64,000 nt of DNA from IMG/VR virus record IMGVR_UViG_3300029839_000128; one strand, 5' to 3'. Source of the DNA: a virus (lineage: Duplodnaviria; Heunggongvirae; Uroviricota; Caudoviricetes). The position numbers and the translations under genes are program-made. Position 1 is the first letter of the stretch. Every line of letters starts with the position of its first letter. The notes below the pieces were generated by a model. The model searched no databases. It was not told the origin of the DNA and saw only the letters and a program-made list of their open reading frames with translations. Below are positions 1 through 8,080 of this stretch, piece after piece.

Positions 1-547
1 CCATGGCGCAAATTGTTCTTGATTTCACACCAACGATGCAGGTACTCAATCAAATGCTGATTTCCTTTGGGCATCATAGTAGAAACAACAGGATGAATGG
101 TGACTGCGTGTAGACCGCATTCCTTGACCAGTTGATCCAGTCGGTTCTCGGTAAATTCCAGCACAACGGGGTTCCAGGTAGGCTCACCCATACGGGCATA
201 ATGGACATTGAAGCGGTTGGTAAAGCGCACATCCTCGTGCTCAATAATATAACGGATCTGATATTCCAAATCAGGCAGCGAGGCATTTCCGAAAAATCCA
301 TATTTATGAACATCGCAGAAAGTGCAGCTCATAGGACAACCCTTTTGTGTGCTGATCGTGGCGACCCATTTATCACGCAAATCAACCTCGCGATGGGTAA
401 CACCATCGATTTCTTTGGTCAGGCCGAGAAAATTCGCTTTAATGTTGTTCTCTTTGCCGTAGTCTCCGACGGTAAGAAACTCCAAACCGCGCATAGGGTT
501 AAAGTAGATCTTGCCGGTATGAGTCAAAACCATTTGTGTGTCTGACA
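1..547 (-). CDS. radical SAM domain protein, N-terminal part only (gene continues beyond window start)
   Basis: Hand translation of minus strand from ATG 547-545. It is absent from the ORF track because there is no stop inside the window. Sequence MSDTQMVLTHTGKIYF...KGCPMSCTFCDV...ARMGEPTWNP. CxxxCxxC cluster typical of the radical-SAM 4Fe-4S site plus a Gly-rich GEP motif. Open to position 1. Confidence 0.6.
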
Positions 548-558
548 TAATAATCCTC

Positions 559-884
559 CTATTTGCCGAACGCCTCTTCATAGGTGAGTTCGGTAACTTC
601 AAGAATGGCATTTACTTTAGCGTTGTTAATTCTGCCGCTGCTCAGGGCGGAACGCAGACGGAGGCCAGTTTTTGTCTCCAAATCTTTAATGAAGACGTGG
701 TTTTCACACATCCATTTGCGAAGTCCCGGAAACACAACAGACTGAGGTTTAACATGAATACTTCGGTTTTTGCGACCTTGGATTGCCTCATGGACGGCTT
801 GTTTGCTGATACCATACAGATCGGCAATCGCCTGATAGGTCATACCGCGTCTGCGGCATTCGATATATGCTTCAACTTTTGTCA
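559..884 (-). CDS. HTH DNA-binding protein (resolvase/sigma-region-4-like helix-turn-helix)
   Basis: ORF track 559..894. True start probably GTG 884-882 or an internal ATG. Motif GMTYQAIADLYGISKQAVHEAIQ is a classic HTH. Confidence 0.5.
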
Positions 885-903
885 AATCAATCACCTGAAT
901 AAT

Positions 904-1335
904 TTAATGAGTTGCAATAGGGCAGATGGTCATTCCGCGATCTTTGAAATATTGAATAGCATCGTCGGCGTGTAAATGCTCGAAAATCCATTCGACAGAG
1001 ACATAACGACGCTCTTTATAGGTTGTTCGGTAGGAAATGGTCTTGAAGTCTTTGGGGAAGAGTTTGCAGACGGAATCTTCCGGCCATTCACGGTGCCATG
1101 CACGAATATAAGGACGCCTACGAAAGAAGGTATGCGCCATATACAAACCTTCGTAAATATCAGCGTTCTCTGACTCCAGGCGATCTCTCATCAGTTCCCA
1201 ATCAATCGCGTTAGCAATTACCAGAACTTCCGGGATTTTTGCGTCGTCGCCACTACACCAACCGCTATACCCACACCGCACCCATTCGCCATCATCGATC
1301 TTAAATTCGTGGGCTACATCATAGATTTTCAACAT
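904..1335 (-). CDS. hypothetical protein (143 aa)
   Basis: ORF track. Tightly packed with neighbours on the same strand. Confidence 0.5.
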   Translation of the reverse strand: MLKIYDVAHEFKIDDGEWVRCGYSGWCSGDDAKIPEVLVIANAIDWELMRDRLESENADIYEGLYMAHTFFRRRPYIRAWHREWPEDSVCKLFPKDFKTISYRTTYKERRYVSVEWIFEHLHADDAIQYFKDRGMTICPIATH

Positions 1336-1704
1336 TTAACGCTTCCTCCAAGTATAACGCTTAACGCGAACATCCAACTTATAGCGTTGAGCGGTTTCTA
1401 TCATGTGGTGAGTTCCTTTGCTCTGTCCGTCCCAAAAAGCTACAAGCGCATCGGCGTTCTTTGCCATTTCCTCATTGCGGATGTATCCAGCAGCGCGTCC
1501 GTGTTCATCCCAGTCAGCTTCAAAATACCGGATACTATAACCGCGCTCTTTGGCATAGCGCTCACCAAGTCGATCGGCCCCACGAGCCATACCACAAACA
1601 ATTTGGATCTCATCGGTCACATTTGCCAGCAGTCGATCCATAACTTGAGCAAGTCCCTCGTAGTTATTGAAGTCACGGCCACCAGCAATGATTACGCGAA
1701 ACAT
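1336..1704 (-). CDS. SLOG-family (DUF2493/YspA-like, DprA/LOG-related) protein
   Basis: IIAGGRDF...GMARGADRLGERYAKERGY...ADALVAFWDGQSKGT matches the Rossmann-like SLOG/DUF2493 phage protein pattern. Confidence 0.55.
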   Translation of the reverse strand: MFRVIIAGGRDFNNYEGLAQVMDRLLANVTDEIQIVCGMARGADRLGERYAKERGYSIRYFEADWDEHGRAAGYIRNEEMAKNADALVAFWDGQSKGTHHMIETAQRYKLDVRVKRYTWRKR

Positions 1705-1716
1705 GAGACCACCTCG

Positions 1717-2175
1717 TTACAGCTTATACAGCACCAGACTATTGTGCTCAAATACTTCAGCCAACATATCCAGCACTGCGCCCCAGTCGCCACCGGCAAG
1801 ACCGCAGCCAATTCGATAAGGCATAGCAATTTCTACGTCAGGCGGAATATAGCCGGCAACTGGAGAACAGGCAGTCCGAAGAGCGCTCAGATCAGTACAA
1901 GAGCGAAAACGACTGTAATCCAGTTGACCAAACAAATTGATAATCATTCGTCCATCTCTGACATGGACACCAAGGTTTTGCCCTAACAGTTCAGCAGGGT
2001 TACGGCGGTGTTCATTGCAGACGCGCTTATACTCCTCATACACTTCAGGGTACATTGCTTTGATCTGCTTGGCAATACCAGCGCCCATAACTCCCATACA
2101 ATTCACTTGATGGCAGATATACATAGCTCTGGAACGAAGAACATCACCTTTCTTAATGGTAATCATTACAGCCAC
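1717..2175 (-). CDS. macro-domain protein (ADP-ribose binding/processing, Appr-1''-pase family)
   Basis: ICHQVNCMGVMGAGIAKQIKAMYPEVYEEYK resembles the macro-domain N-terminal Gly-rich ADP-ribose pocket. Size 152 aa. Confidence 0.6.
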   Translation of the reverse strand: MAVMITIKKGDVLRSRAMYICHQVNCMGVMGAGIAKQIKAMYPEVYEEYKRVCNEHRRNPAELLGQNLGVHVRDGRMIINLFGQLDYSRFRSCTDLSALRTACSPVAGYIPPDVEIAMPYRIGCGLAGGDWGAVLDMLAEVFEHNSLVLYKL

Positions 2176-2999
2176 ACCTCTACATATTCACGCTCTTTGG
2201 AGAAAATAGGCGGACACTTATCGACAACCCACCGTCGGCGCTCGATAATACGGTCTTCCATGGGGATACCTACGATCTGCTTATAGCAGCAAGAACCATA
2301 TTTCATACAGTGAGGATAATCCTCCCAATCAATGCCACGCTCCAGCAACATTTCCAGAATGTTGGCTTGGTTTTTCTTATGCAGTTCCTTGGCACTGTAA
2401 AATGCTTGCCCCGCTGCTTCAATACTGTTGCGAATGGCATCCTGCTGTCGCCAGATCAAACAGTTGCAGACTTCTTCTTTGGGTAGGGTAAAAACACGAG
2501 AATCAAACAGGGCATCTTTAGTAATCGCTTTTGAATATCGCCGGCACCGCTCTTTATCTTCCTCTGAATTAAAATCAACACGATGCTCCTTTTGATTGAT
2601 AGCGGAGTTCCGCATAAAGAAGTGACGCATCTGTTCTTTGAATGCGCGATTAAAAGCCAAGGTTGCCATGCTTGCAGAAACGCTTGCCATCTTCTGAATA
2701 TTGTAACCAAACCAACTGTCTGTGGTGAGGGTAGCGTAATCGGTAAGCACCAAGGTAATCTCATCGGACTGGGTATATCCGAAAACACAACCCTGAATAT
2801 TCTCACAGAGATATTTCATCGTATCCTGCATAGCGGCGGTCAACACTTCATCAAAAGGTTTTTTGAAGCCTTTGGTAAAGGTATGAAAAGCTTTACCATC
2901 CAATCGAATGATGACAGGAACACGACGGGTTAGATAATTCCGAGAGACGCCCTCGTACTTCTTCATACGATCGCCTAAGCTATCTTTCTTGTTTGCCAT
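2166..2999 (-). CDS. tRNA-His guanylyltransferase (Thg1)-like protein (TLP), 3'-5' nucleotide addition / tRNA 5'-end repair enzyme
   Basis: N-terminus RRVPVIIRLDGKAFHTFTKGF and GYTQSDEITLVL match the two Thg1-family catalytic motifs (hhhR.DG+.F.+F and SDE carboxylates). Length 277 aa fits. Confidence 0.7.
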   Translation of the reverse strand: MANKKDSLGDRMKKYEGVSRNYLTRRVPVIIRLDGKAFHTFTKGFKKPFDEVLTAAMQDTMKYLCENIQGCVFGYTQSDEITLVLTDYATLTTDSWFGYNIQKMASVSASMATLAFNRAFKEQMRHFFMRNSAINQKEHRVDFNSEEDKERCRRYSKAITKDALFDSRVFTLPKEEVCNCLIWRQQDAIRNSIEAAGQAFYSAKELHKKNQANILEMLLERGIDWEDYPHCMKYGSCCYKQIVGIPMEDRIIERRRWVVDKCPPIFSKEREYVEVWL

Positions 3000-3024
3000 A
3001 TCATTTTACCTCCTGATTGGCAGT

Positions 3025-3813
3025 TTAGTTGTTGATGGGGGGGGTAAGACAAGCGGCTTCAACTTTATCGTACTCTTCCCAAGGAATACGAACGGCGTGC
3101 TTGTGATCTTCCAGATAGGCAGTTCGACCATTAGCAATCAGCCAGTTATCAAAAAAGGTCTGCATTTCCGCAATAGCAGCATCTCCAATGTCGCTGAAAG
3201 CGTCTTCATACAAATCTTCGCAGGCAGAATCAACGATACTACGAGCGTCCAGGCTCATATGAATCTCCGAAGTACCCCATACATACTGCGGACGCTGGGT
3301 GGGATCTGTCCAGTCGTCATTATTCCAGCTATCAAAGAACTCATCCCAGTCTGTAAAGTAGCCATCGTTATATGGGAAGTAATCGCTATGACACATGGTA
3401 AATTTGGTGCCAAGAGCATTTGGCTCATACTTTGTGGCGCGGTCAAAAGCTTCCTGCAATTTCTTCTGCTCTTTTGCCCACTTGCGCTGCTGAGCCGCGC
3501 TACAGTCACATTGCAAAGTTGTTCTGGGAAGCTGTTTGCCACAGTCGGGGCAATAACGGACAATCCCGTTATAGCAGTTAGGGCAAAAAGAAATAGACTG
3601 ATGTTGATACGGAAACATACCGAATTTCTTATCAGGATCGTCAGATAAGCCATAGCGATTAGGTACAATACTTACACCGGTACCTTTGCAGACTGGACAA
3701 ATACCTTCATTGTCATGCAGATCTTTAACCAACTCTTGCTCTAACAAATGGGCAAACGCATCTTTTACACTCACTGTTTCACGAACTGGTTTAACAAAAT
3801 CAGACATAGGCAC
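3025..3813 (-). CDS. Cys-rich zinc-ribbon protein, unknown function
   Basis: Several CxxC pairs (CPVCKGTG, CPNCYNG, CPDCGKQ, CDCSAAQ). ORF track. Confidence 0.5.
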   Translation of the reverse strand: MPMSDFVKPVRETVSVKDAFAHLLEQELVKDLHDNEGICPVCKGTGVSIVPNRYGLSDDPDKKFGMFPYQHQSISFCPNCYNGIVRYCPDCGKQLPRTTLQCDCSAAQQRKWAKEQKKLQEAFDRATKYEPNALGTKFTMCHSDYFPYNDGYFTDWDEFFDSWNNDDWTDPTQRPQYVWGTSEIHMSLDARSIVDSACEDLYEDAFSDIGDAAIAEMQTFFDNWLIANGRTAYLEDHKHAVRIPWEEYDKVEAACLTPPINN

Positions 3814-3816
3814 ACC

Positions 3817-3999
3817 TCAAAACTCATTTTCCATGGAATGATATCTTTGAGGACACCCTTTGCACAACTCCTCCGCATAGGCGTCTCCATCAGGGCATTG
3901 CATACCATATCCATACTCACAGCTCAAATCCTGGGTATCTCCATACCATCTTTCTGTGATGGTGCCACCACAAGCACCAGTATAGCAAACATCGTTCAT
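3817..3999 (-). CDS. small Cys-rich protein (60 aa)
   Basis: ORF track. RBS GGAGG 7 nt upstream. Preceded by the conserved leader motif (4013-4033) and a sigma70-like promoter (4039-4066). Confidence 0.5.
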   Translation of the reverse strand: MNDVCYTGACGGTITERWYGDTQDLSCEYGYGMQCPDGDAYAEELCKGCPQRYHSMENEF

Positions 4000-4012
4000 G
4001 CACTAACCTCCA

Positions 4013-4066
4013 AATGATTTTATGAGTTGCTAAAAATAGTATATCACGGATCTCCAATTTGTCAAG
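4013..4066 (-). promoter_or_regulatory. sigma70-like promoter (TTGACA-N17-TATACT, 4039-4066) followed by the conserved 21-nt leader motif TTAGCAACTCATAAAATCATT (4013-4033) abutting the RBS
   Basis: Read on the minus strand: CTCTTGACAAATTGGAGATCCGTGATATACTATTTTTAGCAACTCATAAAATCATTTGGAGGTTAGTGCATG. Confidence 0.55.
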
Positions 4067-4117
4067 AGGAAATCCGTGATTTTATGAGTTGCTATTTGAA
4101 GTTTTTGCGAAGACGGC

Positions 4118-4705
4118 TCAGAGTGGAGCAAGATGGAAAATTACTGCCGTGGGATCGGCATTTTCCTTCAGCGTCTTCTTATACCGCTTTTTCCACCACT
4201 GGTAGATATGTTCATGGTTTTTAATAGATAAAAAACCCTCAATGAGCATTTGCGGCTCATTATAGTATAAACCAAACTCCTTTAAGTCTTCATCAGAAAA
4301 AGCACTTAAAGGCTTCTCTTGGACACCGGAGATAACTGCAGAGTGCCGAATAGCATAATCAGGAAGCTGATTAGCAGAAGACCACCGAGAAGCCTCCTCA
4401 ATTTCTGAGAAGTAGGTTTCATTGTTAGGTGGTACTATGCCACATTCTAAAACTACTTTACCGTCAAGGCGATAGAGAATGCCAGGAATATCATCTTCCG
4501 GTTTAATCTCGCCATTTTCCCGACGATAAACATGACAAATAACTTTTTTGAACGATTCTTTAATTTGCAGGGTATCGCCAATGTGGTACTCGCCTTTGCC
4601 AGCAGGAATAGCAAAAATCGAAAGTTTTTTGGCTATGAAGAGTTCCATATCAGCTGCATTCAGCGCCAGGTACATAGTCAATTCCCTCCAATCGCAACTG
4701 GGCAA
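4118..4705 (-). CDS. hypothetical protein (about 185-195 aa; start TTG 4705 or ATG 4675)
   Basis: ORF track. Its 5' end overlaps the 3' end of the frameshifted methyltransferase reading frame. Confidence 0.45.
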   Translation of the reverse strand: MPSCDWRELTMYLALNAADMELFIAKKLSIFAIPAGKGEYHIGDTLQIKESFKKVICHVYRRENGEIKPEDDIPGILYRLDGKVVLECGIVPPNNETYFSEIEEASRWSSANQLPDYAIRHSAVISGVQEKPLSAFSDEDLKEFGLYYNEPQMLIEGFLSIKNHEHIYQWWKKRYKKTLKENADPTAVIFHLAPL

Positions 4706-5455
4706 CCTCCGCCCAAGGAAGCCCGAAATAAGGGCTTTTCTTTTTGTCGCAGGTACCGTTATCGATACCTATGTACTGCCGCCCTTCCATTTTGGCAGCA
4801 ATCAAAGTGGAGCCGGTGCCGCAGCAGTTGTCCAGGACTACCCCCCCGCATTAGTGAAGGTACGGATAGCATATCGCAAAAGCTCGATAGGTTTTTCGGT
4901 AGAATGCAGCGCCACGGAAGGGTGAGGCTTGGGAAACCGCCAAATGGAAGCCGGATACTTCAAATCACTATCGGAAGACTGAACAAGAGTGTAGTCGCCA
5001 TAGCTCCGGTTAGAATGAATGTCTTTGGCCTGTTTTCCTACAGCAGAACCCTTGCTATGATTTTTCGCGCCCTTTACCATCTGCGGATGATAGACAGGCA
5101 AAAATTTATAAAAGACCATAATATCTTCGTGCTCACGCAGCGGCATTTTCTTGGCATTTAGGAAGCCGCTTTTGAGAACCTTATCCCAAATAATGTTGTA
5201 TCGGTGGAGTTTGGGATTGGAAAGCATCATGGTTGCGGTGAATTTATCCTGACCAAAAAGGAGAATGACTCCATGGGGTTTAATAATCCGCTCGTACTGC
5301 TCCCAGAGTTTATCAGGTGGGATGATCACATCCCACTGATTTTGAGTCGTTCCGTAAGGGAGATCCGCAAAGATCATATCAATGCTTTCGCTATCGATCT
5401 CCTTCATTACTTCCAGACAATCGCCGTTGATTACCGTATTGGGAGTAATGCTCAT
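4650..5455 (-). pseudogene. beta-class N6-adenine/N4-cytosine DNA methyltransferase interrupted by a frameshift in a C7/G7 homopolymer (4841-4847); possibly phase-variable
   Basis: Track ORF 4838..5455 has FADLPYG (DPPY-type motif IV) and ends NAGG* at the G7 run. Reading one nucleotide later continues VVLDNCCGTGSTLIAAKMEGRQYIGID... (motif I FxGxG) to a TGA at 4652-4650. A one-nucleotide insertion (G8) restores one 268-aa ORF. Confidence 0.7.
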
Positions 5456-5479
5456 AGTATCAACCTTTCGTTTGTTCCG

Positions 5480-5812
5480 TCATTCTTTTTTTTGAGCGCC
5501 TACAAGAGATTGATTGATACAATCGCAAACCTCACAGTAGCTCTTCATAGCTTCTTTAAGCTGAATCTGTTTTTCCTGGGGGAGCTTCTGGATCTCACGT
5601 CCCAGAATAGCAAGCGCTTCTGTTTCAGCGGCATCCATAAACAGGCTTGGGTCAATGGACTTGCCGGCATTAAAAGTTTTTTCATAAGAAGAGTTCATCC
5701 ATTCATGGAATTGGGCTTCCTGAATAGGGTTGAATGGAATACCCATCAACCCCATCAGGGTGGCCTCAAACAAACTTTGGGGAAGTTGCTGCAGATATTC
5801 AAATACGGTCAT
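5480..5812 (-). CDS. hypothetical protein (110 aa)
   Basis: ATG 5812 preceded by GGTAAGGAGG RBS. Longer track ORF 5480..5863 trimmed. Confidence 0.5.
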   Translation of the reverse strand: MTVFEYLQQLPQSLFEATLMGLMGIPFNPIQEAQFHEWMNSSYEKTFNAGKSIDPSLFMDAAETEALAILGREIQKLPQEKQIQLKEAMKSYCEVCDCINQSLVGAQKKE

Positions 5813-5822
5813 AATATCCTCC

Positions 5823-6122
5823 TTACCAGCAATCACCAAATGCCTGATAGCCAAGCTGGACACTGGATTTCCATTCGGCTTTCAGACGGGCTTTTAACTC
5901 GTTAGAGAGACCGCTGCACATGGCCTTGGTAAACTGGACGGTTTCATACTGACAAAGATAAGTGTCGTCATCAGAAGTGCCAAAGGCGACATACATACCG
6001 ACTTTATCTGCCCATTCGCAAATACCGTCGATTGTGGCTTTGTGCTTTGCGTAGTAGGCGTCCAGATCGGTAATGTTCTTGTCCAGTGTGAAAGATCCGC
6101 GCACAAACTTCTTCTTTGCCAT
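5823..6122 (-). CDS. hypothetical protein (99 aa)
   Basis: ORF track. Operon packing. Confidence 0.45.
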   Translation of the reverse strand: MAKKKFVRGSFTLDKNITDLDAYYAKHKATIDGICEWADKVGMYVAFGTSDDDTYLCQYETVQFTKAMCSGLSNELKARLKAEWKSSVQLGYQAFGDCW

Positions 6123-6127
6123 AGCGC

Positions 6128-6571
6128 TTACCTCTTTCCGGTAGAGCCGATCCCACCACGATCCTCGTTACCCAGGGTCTCCACGGCCTCGAAAATCAGC
6201 TGCGGCTGGTGCTCAATAATGCGGAACTGACAGATGCGATCGCCGGCATGAATAACGGTATCGCGTTTCGCCTCAGCAGGGAAAAACCACTGGTCATTAT
6301 CGCCACAGTAGGTTTCGTCAATGATACCAATACTATTGGTCTGGGTAATGCCGAAGTTCTTGAGGGTAGAGCTGCGAGGAGCCACAAGAGCCTCATAACC
6401 TGCGGGCAACTGCATGGCAACACCCAGGGGAATGAGTTTGCATTCGCCCTGCTTCAATTCCACATCTTCGGCAGCGCGGAGGTCAATCCAGTTTGACTTG
6501 CTTCCACCTACATAGGTAAGCGGTTCGATCTTGTCGCTAAGATAGCGAATTTTAATAGTTTGCTGGTTCAT
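6128..6571 (-). CDS. dut: dUTP diphosphatase (dUTPase)
   Basis: [11 protein letters not shown] (motif III) and C-terminal [10 protein letters not shown] (motif V) are typical of trimeric dUTPases. Confidence 0.85.
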   Translation of the reverse strand: MNQQTIKIRYLSDKIEPLTYVGGSKSNWIDLRAAEDVELKQGECKLIPLGVAMQLPAGYEALVAPRSSTLKNFGITQTNSIGIIDETYCGDNDQWFFPAEAKRDTVIHAGDRICQFRIIEHQPQLIFEAVETLGNEDRGGIGSTGKR

Positions 6572-6585
6572 ACGATATATCTCCT

Positions 6586-7101
6586 TTAACCCAGATATTT
6601 TTTGAACAATTCAGAAAGCTTCATATTATTCTGCTTTGCCAGCTCAATGGTGCAAGCACAGATATTCTTTTCGGTAGACGCGCCAATCTCATCACAAAGA
6701 TAGGTAAGAATATCACTATATTTGCGAGAGTTATAACACGCCTTTTTATCATAATCAGTGCCAAGACAACTGCCGCTTTCGAGATCTTCGCAATCATCGC
6801 ACAGGTGAATGCGCGTATAGCCATCCCACGCCTGCAGCTTTTCGCGGTGAATAGTAAACTCGGCATTGACAGCTCCAAGATTTGCGCCCTGAGCGTGCCG
6901 CCACCAACCCCAACCATTTTCCCAATCCTCCTCGTTGATAGAACAGAGATTGGAAAAATCTTCATCTGACAGCTCCCAGACCTGATATTCCTCACGGGGG
7001 CTGTCCTTGGGTGGTACATAATGGTAGGCACAAACAGCAGTGGTTAGATCGAGAGCTTGGACAGCCCGTTCAAAATGACCACCAGCAAGAATTTCAACCA
7101 T
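6586..7101 (-). CDS. hypothetical protein (171 aa, Cys/Trp-rich)
   Basis: ORF track. Confidence 0.45.
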   Translation of the reverse strand: MVEILAGGHFERAVQALDLTTAVCAYHYVPPKDSPREEYQVWELSDEDFSNLCSINEEDWENGWGWWRHAQGANLGAVNAEFTIHREKLQAWDGYTRIHLCDDCEDLESGSCLGTDYDKKACYNSRKYSDILTYLCDEIGASTEKNICACTIELAKQNNMKLSELFKKYLG

Positions 7102-7113
7102 TGGGAAACCTCC

Positions 7114-7377
7114 TTACAGCTCGATCTTTCGGTTCTCAAACTTCTTATAGGCGTCCAGATAAACTTCTCCCTTATCGCCATTGTAGGTAACTTCGTAATA
7201 CATCCCATCAAACAGAGTGGTAGAGAGCAATGCTTTGAAGTTTTGGAGAGTCTTGCAATACCAGACCACGAAGACCTTGTATTCTACCGGGCCGTCAGAT
7301 TTGTCCAGGTGCTCGTCGGTGTATTCTGCAACAAGGTCGATAGCTTTGCTCAAAAATTCACTATCGGTTTTAATCAT
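7114..7377 (-). CDS. hypothetical protein (87 aa)
   Basis: ORF track. Confidence 0.45.
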   Translation of the reverse strand: MIKTDSEFLSKAIDLVAEYTDEHLDKSDGPVEYKVFVVWYCKTLQNFKALLSTTLFDGMYYEVTYNGDKGEVYLDAYKKFENRKIEL

Positions 7378-7585
7378 TGAAATTCTCTCCTTTCAATACT
7401 TCATCAGATGTTTTGATATATAAGCCACAGTGACACATACCACTTTCCATTTCACGGAACTCTTTACACATACATTTAGTGTCTGGACTTCTGATAAGGA
7501 CACATGGGCAATATCCATCATTTTCTTTCAACTTCGCCCTAATTTCTTCTGCGTACTTTTTGTCGGGATTTACTTTAATCCTCAT
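7370..7585 (-). CDS. ferredoxin-thioredoxin reductase catalytic-subunit-like protein
   Basis: CPC...CMC...CHC spacing (GYCPCVLIRSPDTKCMCKEFREMESGMCHCGLY) matches the FTR catalytic-chain Cys pattern. Adjacent to nrdG/nrdD/glutaredoxin. Confidence 0.55.
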   Translation of the reverse strand: MRIKVNPDKKYAEEIRAKLKENDGYCPCVLIRSPDTKCMCKEFREMESGMCHCGLYIKTSDEVLKGENFND

Positions 7586-7597
7586 GCTATCCTCCTA

Positions 7598-8080
7598 TTA
7601 TGAAAGCTGCATAGCAAACTGGTTATCTGAAGAAAGAGTAATGCCGAGAACATCATCATATCTGTTCGCCTTATCGGGAATAAACCTGCCAAACTTAATA
7701 ATGATATTTTTATATTTCTTCAGACGATCAAGCTTAGGCTGTATTTCGTTTGGATAGTAGCCCGTGTAAATAACGATAGGGGAGATATCTCCATTTGAAC
7801 GAAATAACTTGATCAAAGTCTCGACCTCATCAATTTGCAAGAACGGCTCCATACCGCCAATTACAACCGCTTTAGTGATTGGATTATTTGCAAAATGCTG
7901 ATAAATCACTGAGTCGGGGATGTCTTTTGATGGAGCCTGGGCAAGAGGTGCGTTTTGACACACCTCAATACCCAGGTTCGATTCAGTACAGCATTTGAAA
8001 TCACAAAAACAGGTGTTAATGAACATGGAGGGGAGTTTGAAATTGGTAAAATCTTCTTCAATAATCCCCTTTACACGCAT
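7598..8080 (-). CDS. nrdG: anaerobic ribonucleoside-triphosphate reductase activating protein (radical SAM, short form)
   Basis: 160 aa. Cys cluster NTCFCDFKCC near the N-terminus. Start overlaps the nrdD stop (8080). Confidence 0.7.
   Translation of the reverse strand: MRVKGIIEEDFTNFKLPSMFINTCFCDFKCCTESNLGIEVCQNAPLAQAPSKDIPDSVIYQHFANNPITKAVVIGGMEPFLQIDEVETLIKLFRSNGDISPIVIYTGYYPNEIQPKLDRLKKYKNIIIKFGRFIPDKANRYDDVLGITLSSDNQFAMQLS

Noticed and set aside
132-975. Plus-strand track ORFs 132..545 and 538..975
   Set aside because: They lie antisense to the radical-SAM and HTH genes. The peptides are low-complexity with no RBS. The minus-strand genes have clear motifs.
4705-4707. TTG start given by the ORF track for 4118..4705, and similar non-ATG starts (ATT/GTG/TTG) across the track
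   Set aside because: The track appears to extend ORFs to the most upstream alternative start. Starts were reassigned where an ATG or GTG with a GGAGG-type RBS is evident (for example 5812, 10787, 20647, 25448, 33641, 49487, 56003).
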